From a bacterium (GTDB lineage Bacteria > Patescibacteriota > Minisyncoccia > Minisyncoccales > GWA2-46-15), in assembly GCA_030704795.1 (NCBI GenBank), contig JAUYCZ010000012.1, forward strand, positions 1 through 38,222: a DNA stretch of 38,222 bases, read 5' to 3'. The notes under the pieces were generated by a model, which was given only the letters and a program-made list of their open reading frames with translations, did not search any database and had not been told where the DNA came from. The translations under genes and the position numbers were made by a program. This document shows positions 8,706 to 16,506 of this stretch, piece after piece. Each line of letters starts with the position of its first letter. Position 1 is the stretch's first letter.

Positions 8706-8960
8706 ATGTTCTCTGTTTACATTCTTCGCAGCCCCAAAAATCACCTCTACGTTGGCTCTACGAGTAATCTTAACTGGCGAATAATCCGTCACAAATCTGG
8801 AGATGGCGCAGAATTTACCAAACGAAATAAAGCGTTTGGGTTGGTATATAAAGAGGAGTTTTCCACTCTATTGGGCGCGCGGCGAAGAGAAGAACAAATT
8901 AAAGGTTGGCGAAGAGAAAAGAAAGAAAATTTAGTTAAATTTGGAAAACCGATTTTATAA
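8706..8960 (+). CDS. Stand-alone GIY-YIG nuclease family protein (YhbQ/UPF0213-like), 84 aa
   Basis: VYILRS...LYVGST, conserved Arg (WRIIRH) and Glu (REEQIKGW). ATG 8706 is preferred. Confidence 0.88.
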   Translation: MFSVYILRSPKNHLYVGSTSNLNWRIIRHKSGDGAEFTKRNKAFGLVYKEEFSTLLGARRREEQIKGWRREKKENLVKFGKPIL

Positions 8961-8972
8961 TATCTCTCGATT

Positions 8973-8989
8973 CTTCGACAGATTCAGGG
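8973..8989. repeat. Degenerate REP-like copy CTTCGACAGATTCAGGG
   Basis: 12/15 match to the reverse complement of the core at 8606-8620, in inverted orientation to the copy at 8674. Confidence 0.55.
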
Positions 8990-9007
8990 TCTCTCAACAC
9001 AAAAATT

Positions 9008-9127
9008 TTAGGCGTCCACCGGTCGTATATTAGCGGCCTTGAAAGAGGCAGAAGAAACCCTTCCTTAATGACAGTTCACAAAGTCGCTAAAGCCCTTGGC
9101 GTTTCTGTGAATAAATTGTTGAACTAA
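9008..9127 (+). pseudogene. 5'-truncated XRE/Cro-family HTH regulator
   Basis: The frame reads LGVHRSYISGLERGRRNPSLMTVHKVAKALGVSVNKLLN*, i.e. the XRE recognition helix and C-terminal helices. There is no in-frame start before the TAA at 8936. Confidence 0.8.
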
Positions 9128-9134
9128 AAAATTT

Positions 9135-9656
9135 ATGAAAATTTTGGTTTTTCTACAAGGCACACTGATAATGCACAAAAGCGCGGTTGGTAAAACCCGC
9201 GAGGAAATTATTGAACAAGTAAAAGCTCAAGAAGAATCAGTTCGCGACTTTAGTTCATACGTTCCCATCGGTAACGCTGTAGAGAAATTAAATAAATGGA
9301 CCGAGCAAGGCGCGGAGATTTTCTATCTAAGCGCCTTAACCGAAGACAAAAAAGCGAGAGGAGATGAAATCATCGGTAAAGAAGGCCTAAAATTTGATCA
9401 GGAAATTTTAGATAGATATGGGTTTCCCGCAGGAGAAATTTATCACCGTCAAAAAGGAGAAAGCTACGCTCAAATAGCCGAAAGAATTGTACCGGACGTT
9501 TTAATTGAAGATGATTGTGAAAGCATTGGCGGAGAAAAAGAAATGACCATCACTTTTGTCAGGCCGGAAATTAAACAAAAAATAAAATCAATTGTTGTTA
9601 AAGAATTTAGCGGCATAGATTATCTACCAGATAATTTGAAGGATTTAATATTATGA
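9135..9656 (+). CDS. HAD-fold-like protein with degenerate motif I
   Basis: N-terminal VFLQGTL stands in place of DxDGTL; FYLSA (motif II-like) and LIEDD (motif IV-like) are present. Confidence 0.5.
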   Translation: MKILVFLQGTLIMHKSAVGKTREEIIEQVKAQEESVRDFSSYVPIGNAVEKLNKWTEQGAEIFYLSALTEDKKARGDEIIGKEGLKFDQEILDRYGFPAGEIYHRQKGESYAQIAERIVPDVLIEDDCESIGGEKEMTITFVRPEIKQKIKSIVVKEFSGIDYLPDNLKDLIL

Positions 9657-10198
9657 CAATAAAAATCACTTATTTTGTTCACGGAACAACAACTGACAAT
9701 GAAAAAGAAATTTCATCTGGCTGGTTTGATGTAGGGCTTTCTGATTTAGGAGTTAACCAATCGGTTGAGTTAAAAGATAAAATCAAGGATAAAAAATTTG
9801 ATGTTGTATTTTGTTCCGATTTAAAAAGAGCAGTTGATTCGGCAAAGCTAACTTTTAAGGGAACTGTTCCGATTATAACGGACAAAAGATTGAGAGAGTG
9901 CAATTATGGAAAATACAACGCCCAATCTTCGGCAATTGTTGAACCAATGCAAGAAAATTGTGTCACTGAAAGATTTCCCGAAGGCGAAAGTTATGAAGAT
10001 GTAAAAACAAGGATTGCTGATTTTCTTGAATTTTTGAAGAAAAACTATGACGGAAAATCTGTTGCAATAGTGGCGCACAAAGCACCGCAACTTGCATTAG
10101 ATGTTTTGTTAAAAAATAAAACATGGGAACAGGCGTTTGCCGAAGATTGGCGAAAAAGAAAAGCGTGGCAACCGGGTTGGGAATATGATATAAAATAA
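9653..10198 (+). CDS. Histidine phosphatase (phosphoglycerate mutase-like) family protein
   Basis: FVHGTT (RHG variant), CSDLKRA, DKRLRECNYG, PEGES, VAH. Confidence 0.88.
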   Translation: MTIKITYFVHGTTTDNEKEISSGWFDVGLSDLGVNQSVELKDKIKDKKFDVVFCSDLKRAVDSAKLTFKGTVPIITDKRLRECNYGKYNAQSSAIVEPMQENCVTERFPEGESYEDVKTRIADFLEFLKKNYDGKSVAIVAHKAPQLALDVLLKNKTWEQAFAEDWRKRKAWQPGWEYDIK

Positions 10199-10347
10199 AA
10201 GCGGCGCGCCAACTTCGTTGGCACGAAATCCTTCCCCTTAACCCTCTTTCCTCCCCGCCCCGCCCAAGCGATTTGGTTCCTGTCACGCGGAACGCGGCAG
10301 TCAGTTCCGTTCAAAGTAGGTTCGCGCTAAATTCAGAATATGCGACC

Positions 10348-10372
10348 ATGTTTAAGCTCCGAGCTTAAACAT
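10348..10372. repeat. Perfect 12-bp inverted repeat with 1-nt centre
   Basis: ATGTTTAAGCTC-C-GAGCTTAAACAT. Confidence 0.8.
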
Positions 10373-10426
10373 CCTGAAAGTCGAATTGGATCAATTAATT
10401 AAATCCTAAGAGTAAACCAGAAAAAT

Positions 10427-10513
10427 ATGTGCGATACTTGCGGTTGCTCGTCTTGCCCAAAATGCGGCAAAGCCGGGGCTGAATGTCAGTGCCCCGAAGA
10501 GAAAAAACAATAA
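10427..10513 (+). CDS. 28-aa Cys-rich metallothionein-like microprotein (not in ORF track)
   Basis: MCDTCGCSSCPKCGKAGAECQCPEEKKQ*, with 7 Cys in CxxC/CxC spacing. It has an AT-rich upstream region and is followed by a terminator. Confidence 0.7.
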   Translation: MCDTCGCSSCPKCGKAGAECQCPEEKKQ

Positions 10514-10527
10514 ATTCAACAGGAATC

Positions 10528-10561
10528 AAAAAGCGGAGGAGACCGGGTTTCCTCCGCTTTT
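10528..10561. terminator. Bidirectional intrinsic terminator
   Basis: AAAAA-GCGGAGGAGAC-CGG-GTTTCCTCCGC-TTTT, lying between convergent genes. Confidence 0.88.
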
Positions 10562-10567
10562 GTCAAA

Positions 10568-11416
10568 TTAGCGAAATTCGGCTAGTAATTTTTCAATCGA
10601 TAACCCTAAGGGCTGCTCGGCTAAAATCGCATCTTTATCCGGCAACAATTGTTCTTCCAGAGTTAGCCGTTCTTCCCGATAGAAAATGCCAACCGGAATT
10701 CTATCTCCCCATTCAAGCGACTTTTCAAAAGCCAAGACTTTATTTTTGGCATCGTGATTCTCTAATTTGTAAATTCTCTCCCTAAACCAAGAATAAGTAT
10801 TTAAATGATTTAAGGCAACGCAGGGCTGTAAAACATCAACCAGGGCAAAGCCCTGGTGATTAATCGCTTCAACTAAAATTTTTGTCAGTTGAGGAACATC
10901 GCCGGCAAAACCGCGGGCGACAAAACTGGCCCCGGAAGCAATCGCTAGCGCCAGCGGATTAAATGGTTGGTCAAAAACACCTTCGGGAGTTAACCTGGTT
11001 TTTACGCCTTTGTCGGAAGTTGGCGAAGGTTGGCCAACCGTCAAAGAATACAACTGATTATTATGCAAAACACAAGTAATGTCGGGGTTTCTTCTGGCCG
11101 CATGGATTAAATGATTGCCGCCTTCACCCAGTTGATCGCCATCACCGACGATGGCCATTGTTTTAAGGCTTTTGTTGGCAATTTTCGCCCCGGTCGCCAA
11201 CGGCAAAGCCCGGCCATGAACCCCCTCAAAGCCATAAGTTTTTAAATAATTAATCATGTGGCCGTGGCAACCAATGCCATAAACGGAGAAAATCTGATCG
11301 GGTCGCAAGCCCATCTCAACGAAAGCGTTTTTCAGAGCCACCCAAATGCCAAAATTACCGCAACCCAAGCACCAAGTGATTTTTACTGGAGTATTAAATT
11401 CTTCTCGAGGCATCAT
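10568..11416 (-). CDS. korB: 2-oxoacid:ferredoxin oxidoreductase beta subunit (TPP-binding)
   Basis: WCLGCGN, GIGCHG, HGRALP, GDGD...GG..H, NNQLYSLT, LVDVLQPC. Substrate specificity cannot be determined from the sequence. Confidence 0.92.
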   Translation of the reverse strand: MMPREEFNTPVKITWCLGCGNFGIWVALKNAFVEMGLRPDQIFSVYGIGCHGHMINYLKTYGFEGVHGRALPLATGAKIANKSLKTMAIVGDGDQLGEGGNHLIHAARRNPDITCVLHNNQLYSLTVGQPSPTSDKGVKTRLTPEGVFDQPFNPLALAIASGASFVARGFAGDVPQLTKILVEAINHQGFALVDVLQPCVALNHLNTYSWFRERIYKLENHDAKNKVLAFEKSLEWGDRIPVGIFYREERLTLEEQLLPDKDAILAEQPLGLSIEKLLAEFR

Positions 11417-13161
11417 ATAATTTCTTTAACTTTTTGAACAATTTCCTCAGGATAAATCGGCCGGCCATCATAACTTAACAGCAGATTTTCGATTTTGATG
11501 CCGGTTTTCTCTCTGATTAGCCCAGCGGCCTGACCGGTAATGTTCTGTTCAATCATTAAAATCTGCTTACTGTTTTGTAAAAAACTTCCAACCGCTTCTG
11601 CCGGGAAAGGATTTAAATAATTAAGGTGCAAAAATCGGGTTTCAATGCCTTGATCCGCTAATGTTTTTTGCGCTTCTAAAATCACGCCTTTAGTCGAGCC
11701 CCAACCGACTAAACTAATTTCTATCCCTCGGACGGAATGCTCGGGACCTTCGGCTTTCTTTTCACTGTAAATTCGAGGGGCAGGAATTTCCCGGGCGCAA
11801 GTTTCCAGTTTTCTCATCCTTTTTTCCATCATCGCTTTCCGGTTATCTGAACTTTCTTCAGAAAAACCGGCCTGGTCGTGCTCATCGCTGTTAAAGATAA
11901 AGGTTTGACCGGGCCGACCGATAACCGGCCTCGGAGAGATGCCGCTTTCGGTTATTTGGTATCTTAAATAATCTTTCTTTTGATCCTCTTTTGAAAGCAG
12001 GGAGCCTTGATTAATTTTAACCTTGCTTTCGTCGAAAGCAACGACGCTCTTCTGGCTCTCGCAAAGAAATTTATCAACCAAAATGATGACCGGCGTCTGG
12101 TAAATATCGGCCAGATTAAAAGCTTCGATGGTTAACCAAAAACATTCTTCTTGGTCTCCGGGAGCGAGAATAATCCGCGGAAAATCATCTTGAGAGGCGT
12201 GTAAAACAAATCTTAAATCTCCCTGGCCTGACCAAGTGGGCAATCCGGTTGAAGGCCCGGGTCTTTGACCTTCAATAATAACCAACGGTACCTCGGCCAT
12301 ACCGGCTAATCCGAAAGCTTCTGTCATCAGAGAGAAACCACCGCCGGAGGTGGCGACCATTGATCGTAATCCGGCCGAGGAAGCGCCGATGGCAGAATTA
12401 ATGCCGGCAATCTCGTCTTCCGGCTGAAAATAAACCATCCCTAATTTCTTAGCCCGCGCGCTAAGATAGGAAATCATGGAATTAATCGGCGTCATTGGAT
12501 AAGCGGCGAAGAATTTACAGCCGGCCGCCACCGCCCCCAGACAAATAGCGTCATTTCCGCTAATCAAGATTTTCTTGGCCGCCTTCTTTGCCTTTAAACT
12601 ACCGGATGTCTGACTTCCGGCAAAGTGTTTGGCAAAGTCAAAACCGGCTCGAGCCGCCTTAATGTTTAAATCGATGATCTCGGGTTTGGCCGAAGAAAAA
12701 ACGTCACGGATAGCTGATTCCAAGATTTTGAAATCGGCTTCGAGTAAAAAAACGGTCGCGCCCAAAGCGACGTTGTTCATCATCACGTCCTGGCCGCCGT
12801 TTTCTTGAGCGAGCTTAATCAGGGGAATCGACAAGATATTTACTCCGGAAGGAAAACCGGAATCAACGGCTTTGTCCGAATTTAGAATAACAACGGCTCC
12901 CGGAGATAACTCTTTTTTGTGAAAATCAACCGCGTTCTGGTTAAGAGCAATCAAAAAGTCCACCTCCGACTTCGGGGAGTGGATCGCCTCCTCGGCGATT
13001 CTGGCGACGAAAACATTGTGGCCGCCCCTGATCAGAGACGGGTATTCGCTGGAAGTAAAAATAAAATAGCCGGACCGCTGGGCGGTCCTGGCAAAAATCA
13101 AACCCGCCGAAGCAATGCCGTAACCCGCCTCACCGGCAATCTTGAAGATAAAATCATTCAT
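11413..13161 (-). CDS. korA: 2-oxoacid:ferredoxin oxidoreductase alpha subunit (gamma-alpha fusion)
   Basis: GEAGYGI, RGGHN, AAYPMTP, EDEIAG, TSGGGFSLM, QRPGPSTGLPT. Confidence 0.93.
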   Translation of the reverse strand: MNDFIFKIAGEAGYGIASAGLIFARTAQRSGYFIFTSSEYPSLIRGGHNVFVARIAEEAIHSPKSEVDFLIALNQNAVDFHKKELSPGAVVILNSDKAVDSGFPSGVNILSIPLIKLAQENGGQDVMMNNVALGATVFLLEADFKILESAIRDVFSSAKPEIIDLNIKAARAGFDFAKHFAGSQTSGSLKAKKAAKKILISGNDAICLGAVAAGCKFFAAYPMTPINSMISYLSARAKKLGMVYFQPEDEIAGINSAIGASSAGLRSMVATSGGGFSLMTEAFGLAGMAEVPLVIIEGQRPGPSTGLPTWSGQGDLRFVLHASQDDFPRIILAPGDQEECFWLTIEAFNLADIYQTPVIILVDKFLCESQKSVVAFDESKVKINQGSLLSKEDQKKDYLRYQITESGISPRPVIGRPGQTFIFNSDEHDQAGFSEESSDNRKAMMEKRMRKLETCAREIPAPRIYSEKKAEGPEHSVRGIEISLVGWGSTKGVILEAQKTLADQGIETRFLHLNYLNPFPAEAVGSFLQNSKQILMIEQNITGQAAGLIREKTGIKIENLLLSYDGRPIYPEEIVQKVKEII

Positions 13162-13170
13162 CTATAGAAA

Positions 13171-13656
13171 CTACAAAGAGAGGAATTCAAAAACCTGGCC
13201 GCTCGAAACGCCAAAGATGTCAAATTTTCCGATTTTCGGGCCGGTCATTCCCGGCGCGCCCGAAGGCATGCCCGGTAGGGCGATGCCCTGAATTTCCGGT
13301 TTTTCCGAAAGAAGTTTTTTAATCGCCTCCACCGGCACGTGGCCTTCAATAAAATAATTGCCGATGACGGCGGTGTGGCAAGCTTCTAGTTCTGGGGGAA
13401 TGCCGTATTTTTCTTTGATGGCTAAGGTGTCGCGGACGTCCTCGACTTTAACATCAAATCCCTGTCCCTTAAGATAGGTTATATAACCGCCGCAGCAACC
13501 GCAAGTGGGAGATTTATAGACCGTAATTTGGATTTTTGGGGTGTCGTCGCCGTTGGCTTGCGGCTGTTGCAAACGACTTTCCGTTTGCCAAACAAGAAAA
13601 GCGCCTCCCGAAAGAATTATTATTCCTAATAGAATAAATTTAAGTTTTATTATCAT
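13171..13656 (-). CDS. DUF411-family exported metal-binding protein
   Basis: N-terminal TM, then YKSPTCGCC, CHTA, IEGHVP, LPGMPSGAPGM. Confidence 0.88.
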   Translation of the reverse strand: MIIKLKFILLGIIILSGGAFLVWQTESRLQQPQANGDDTPKIQITVYKSPTCGCCGGYITYLKGQGFDVKVEDVRDTLAIKEKYGIPPELEACHTAVIGNYFIEGHVPVEAIKKLLSEKPEIQGIALPGMPSGAPGMTGPKIGKFDIFGVSSGQVFEFLSL

Positions 13657-13676
13657 TTAAGATAAATTATTTTCAT

Positions 13677-15194
13677 CTAGGTGCCGCACCCGCCGCCGCC
13701 CGAAGGAGCTTCCTGCGAGAGTCCTTGGTCTTTTAACCAACCCTTGACTCTCTGCCAGCCTTGAGGGGTCGAATAATCTTTGCCGGCCACCACCGAACCG
13801 GGCACTTGTGACCAATCCTGCCCGTCTTTAGCCTTAAAGTAATTGGCGATGTCAAAGTAGGTCTGCGGGAACCAAAAGCTATTGAAATACTTAAAAGCCT
13901 CGAAGATTTCCTCCTTACTGGCCCCCTGAGAGGCCATCAATTCGCCCAAACCCAAGGCGGCCATGCCATGATTGCAGTCGGGAAAAGCGGTCGGATTGGA
14001 ACAGCAGGGACGATAAGAGTTGTAGGCGAATTCTTCAAGAATTTTTTGTTGTCCAGAATTAAGTCTGATCAAGTCGGATTTTGAATAGAGTTCGGTGGCC
14101 TCCTTTTTACCCAGAGTCCAGCCGCCGGTTGAAGCAAAATTTCCCAAGCCATCGGTTCCCCTGGAAACCATTGGACCGGCGTCGAGAATCGAATTCTTAT
14201 TGGCCAATCCCAAAGCCCAGAAGAAATTCAGAAGAAAATGGGCGTTGGCGGACGTAATTTTGATCTTTTGCTGGCTGCCTCGCGTCAGAATATTAATCTC
14301 GTCTTCGGTTAATGGCTGACCGCCGTCTTCATAGACTTTCTTGAATTTATCCAAATCAATGGCGCCAACCTCAATCAATCGGGGACCGAGGTTATTAAAA
14401 GTGGTCTTGATTTCATAACCGGCTTTAGGGTTAATCTGGTCAAGCGTCGCTTGGGCGTCTCCGGAAAGCTGAGAGGCGGCATTGTTCAGAGGAGAAGATT
14501 GGATGACGGCTCCTTTTTTAGCAAAATTGATTTTCAGATTCGAGGGCAAGAGCGGCAGAGCCAGGATCAACAATAGAGTTAAAATCGGAATCAGAACGGG
14601 CAAAGAAGAAATCAGGGCTTTACGATTAAAGTTCAAAACCAGGCTTCCTTGTTCAAAACTGACTAATTTTTCTTTTTTGTCGTCGGCGGCGACATCCGAT
14701 CGGCCGGCCACCGCTCGACTTGAATCAATAATAGAAAGGCTGAAGAGAAAGATGGCGGCCAATTTTAATTCCAGTCCCTGAAAGGGAAAGATGCTCAAGC
14801 CGCCGACAACCCCCAAGGCCGGCAGCAAGAGGCTGCCGCAGACCGGACAACCCATCGAAAGACCGCCAATCAGGCAACCGGTAAAGTCTTTTTCGCCCAG
14901 GCTGTCGGGAATCTTCTTTTCACGCCAACGGTAGGCGAGCATGGTAAAAGCCAGGCTAAAAAGAACCACGCTTAATAAAGTGAGAAGGATGGCCGACCAG
15001 GCATAGAAGGCATTCATCGTCTGAAAAAGCAGGGGCAGGGTGGTGCGCTGAAGAAATATCAGATAATAAGCTAAAAGCAAATTTAAACCCAGGCTGATGG
15101 CAATGAGAACATAAAACCGGTCGCGGAAAACCTGCTTGAGGGACGGAAGAACGTCTTGCAGCGCTGTCACAGTGCTGTGAATTGGATAACGCAT
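13677..15194 (-). CDS. Membrane protein with a TM CPxC module and a Cys/His-rich soluble domain, function unknown
   Basis: About 5 TM helices with GC...GCPVCG, then RPCC...DCNHG, and a C-terminal GGGGCGT. Confidence 0.8.
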   Translation of the reverse strand: MRYPIHSTVTALQDVLPSLKQVFRDRFYVLIAISLGLNLLLAYYLIFLQRTTLPLLFQTMNAFYAWSAILLTLLSVVLFSLAFTMLAYRWREKKIPDSLGEKDFTGCLIGGLSMGCPVCGSLLLPALGVVGGLSIFPFQGLELKLAAIFLFSLSIIDSSRAVAGRSDVAADDKKEKLVSFEQGSLVLNFNRKALISSLPVLIPILTLLLILALPLLPSNLKINFAKKGAVIQSSPLNNAASQLSGDAQATLDQINPKAGYEIKTTFNNLGPRLIEVGAIDLDKFKKVYEDGGQPLTEDEINILTRGSQQKIKITSANAHFLLNFFWALGLANKNSILDAGPMVSRGTDGLGNFASTGGWTLGKKEATELYSKSDLIRLNSGQQKILEEFAYNSYRPCCSNPTAFPDCNHGMAALGLGELMASQGASKEEIFEAFKYFNSFWFPQTYFDIANYFKAKDGQDWSQVPGSVVAGKDYSTPQGWQRVKGWLKDQGLSQEAPSGGGGCGT

Positions 15195-15227
15195 ATGAGT
15201 AATTGATTACTTAATTAATGATTAATA

Positions 15228-15380
15228 TTATTCTATCTTCTTTTTTTCTTCGCCCTTTAGAATCTTTAGCGTCTCTTCGGGAACGCGGCAATGCGGGCAA
15301 AATTCTTTGTCTTTCTTGGCCGCTGGCGCCTGGAATATTTTTCCAAAAAGCTTTTTGAGACTTTCGAAGATATTAACCAT
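15228..15380 (-). CDS. 50-aa CxxC microprotein (not in ORF track)
   Basis: MVNIFESLKKLFGKIFQAPAAKKDKEFCPHCRVPEETLKILKGEEKKKIE*. It fills the operon gap, starting 9 nt after the previous stop. Confidence 0.65.
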   Translation of the reverse strand: MVNIFESLKKLFGKIFQAPAAKKDKEFCPHCRVPEETLKILKGEEKKKIE

Positions 15381-15389
15381 GTTTTTTAG

Positions 15390-16091
15390 TTAAATAAGAA
15401 ATTTAAAGATGAAAACTCCCAGAGCTAGAAGCATCGTTCCCATAACCAATTTTTCCGCTTTTTCATTTTTTTCCTTTAGCTCGGCAATTTTCGCCAGAGT
15501 CAAAGGATTGGCGGCAAAGACCAGTAAAATTAAAAGGGGCAGGACAAACATAATATTATAGAGAATCAAATAGGAGAGACCGGTAAAGTAGGTCGTCTTC
15601 GAGGCCAAAAGCGAGGTGATGGCCACATAAATGCCGCCGGCGCAGGGGATGGAGCAAAGGCCGACCAGAAAAGCCGCCAAAGCAATCGAAGGCAGAGTCG
15701 TTTTCGCCAAAAGTTCTTTGGCCCGTCCGGAAGCAAAAGAAGGCATCCTAAAATGGGGCGGCAGTTGGGGGAAAAAGGCGTCTTTGATGTGAATTAAACC
15801 AAGAAAAATTAACAGCCAGGAACCCAGCCGAGCAAAAAAGTGGGGCTGGCCAAGAATAACGACGCCGGAAAACAGGCCGACGCCGACGGCCAAATAAGTC
15901 AGAAAGATGATGAAGATATAAAGGAGACCGACAGCGAAAATGTTTTTAAAGCTCTTTTGGAGAGTAATTAAAAAGGCAATGAAGAAAATCAAAATGGCAA
16001 TGGCGCAAGGATGGATGCCATCCAAAAACCCGGTGATGGCCACCAGGGGAATTAAGGTTAGAGGATTGTTAGAGGCGAAATTATTGAACAT
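15390..16091 (-). CDS. CcdA/DsbD-type transmembrane thiol-disulfide electron transporter
   Basis: Six TM helices with GFLDGIHPCA and LCSIPCAGGIY. Confidence 0.8.
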   Translation of the reverse strand: MFNNFASNNPLTLIPLVAITGFLDGIHPCAIAILIFFIAFLITLQKSFKNIFAVGLLYIFIIFLTYLAVGVGLFSGVVILGQPHFFARLGSWLLIFLGLIHIKDAFFPQLPPHFRMPSFASGRAKELLAKTTLPSIALAAFLVGLCSIPCAGGIYVAITSLLASKTTYFTGLSYLILYNIMFVLPLLILLVFAANPLTLAKIAELKEKNEKAEKLVMGTMLLALGVFIFKFLI

Positions 16092-16506
16092 CGGCGGAAA
16101 TTATTACTTCTGTCTGCGGATTTTCGGGGTCATTGCTTCGGACATAGATAATTCTTTCTTGTTTTCCTTTACCGTGAAACTCGCCCATAGCGCCGGTGTC
16201 GTAAGAAACCAGAATTTGAGCGTTTTCTCCCGGATTAATTTTCGGTTTATCAACCTTAGCCGTTGTACAAGAGCAGGAAGTACCGATTCTTTTTATTTCC
16301 AAAATTTCTTTTCCCTGATTTTTAACAATAAAATTCGTCTCAACGATCTCGCCATAAAGAACGCCTCCGAAATCAAAGTTTTTTGGCTCAACTTCTATTC
16401 GCGGACCAGCCGCCGCCTCCCCGGACGTGGCTTTGAAATAACCGTAGACTCCTAGGCTAATAAGAACTAGAAAAACTAAAAACAAATATGGCCATTTCTT
16501 CGTCAT
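16081..16506 (-). CDS. DUF1573-like Ig-fold exported protein with CxC
   Basis: N-terminal TM, FDFGGV, VKNQG, TSCSCT, I.PGE. ATG 16506 overlaps the upstream TGA (ATGA). Confidence 0.8.
   Translation of the reverse strand: MTKKWPYLFLVFLVLISLGVYGYFKATSGEAAAGPRIEVEPKNFDFGGVLYGEIVETNFIVKNQGKEILEIKRIGTSCSCTTAKVDKPKINPGENAQILVSYDTGAMGEFHGKGKQERIIYVRSNDPENPQTEVIISADVQ

Noticed and set aside
9963-10314. Minus-strand ORFs 9963-10286 and 10045-10314
   Set aside because: They overlap the phosphatase gene antisense, have no recognisable motifs, and run through hairpin DNA.
8502-10400. Prophage or ICE integrated at tRNA-Pro
   Set aside because: I found no duplicated tRNA 3' end (attR) and no integrase; only an islet-like composition.
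10568-13161. Specific call as pyruvate versus 2-oxoglutarate oxidoreductase
   Set aside because: The substrate cannot be assigned from motifs by eye; korA/korB are used as family labels only.
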